In this document: one piece after another, positions 63,545 through 64,000 of the stretch | How positions within the stretch are numbered: position 1 is the stretch's first letter | How the letters are laid out: each line of letters opens with the position of its first letter | Assembly (NCBI RefSeq): GCF_001194135.2 | Contig: NC_068983.1 | Location: 162,823,912-162,887,911 of the forward strand | Direction: 5' to 3' | Length of the DNA: 64,000 bases | From: Octopus bimaculoides | Taxonomy: Eukaryota | The notes under the pieces: generated by a model | The model's database searches: none | The model's input: only the letters and a program-made list of their open reading frames with translations | Told to the model about the DNA's origin: nothing | Position numbers and translations under genes: made by a program

Positions 63545-64000
63545 TGAAGACTGAATATCTCTCCACCTTGAAAACGGAGGCCGGGTCTACCCATTGTTTG
63601 TATGCCTCCATTACGGGCTGCATATTTTTGTGAACTACATCTGCCATCATTATGAAGTAACTCCGAGCTCTCAGAAACAGCCGTCGGACCTGTAACACCA
63701 TACATTTCCCCCTTCAGTTTTATCTGTCTTCGTACTCTATGTGAGTTTGCTCTCTTCATATATAAATATCTTTATATTTATACTCGATTATTCACCGTCG
63801 GAAAATGTTCAGTCTTTGCTTTCTGTCTACTTACATGTATGTATGTATGTATGTATGTATGTATGTATGTATAGTTTGTATATCTAACCCAAACAATTTT
63901 ATCTGTTTATTTGCATCATTATATCTCTCTCCATCACACAGACACAGACACACATACGCACACGCATACACACACACACACGCACACACACACACACACA

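Overview
Eukaryotic, AT-rich, repeat-saturated DNA with 15 N-gaps (about 5 kb in total). The SINE families, R4/Dong, RTE, CR1 and Penelope fragments and the (CA)n/(TA)n/(AAT)n load are characteristic of an octopod cephalopod (Octopus-like) intron or intergenic region; the taxon is inferred from repeat content, not from a marker gene. I could not recognise any host protein-coding gene, rRNA, intact tRNA or CRISPR array. Most ORFs in the supplied track are microsatellite, gap or antisense artefacts. Supported content: about 40 tRNA-derived SINE copies in 4 families; about 13 fragments of R4/Dong-type RLE retrotransposons, with at least 7 distinct 3' ends stacked at (AAT)n-type tracts between 41 and 61 kb; 3 RTE fragments; 1 CR1-type 3' end; a Penelope GIY-YIG endonuclease; a deleted mariner and a mariner MITE; 4 foldback/palindromic elements; and a 67-bp minisatellite. 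The most interesting signal is a 137-nt rod-like hairpin ending in a minimal type I hammerhead ribozyme motif (53699-53835), with a second hammerhead core at 39311. Also notable are the strongly strand-polarised (AAT)n/R4/SINE microsatellite-targeting cluster and a probable twin-priming 5' inversion in an R4 element. Boundaries of decayed elements are approximate (about 10-20 bp).
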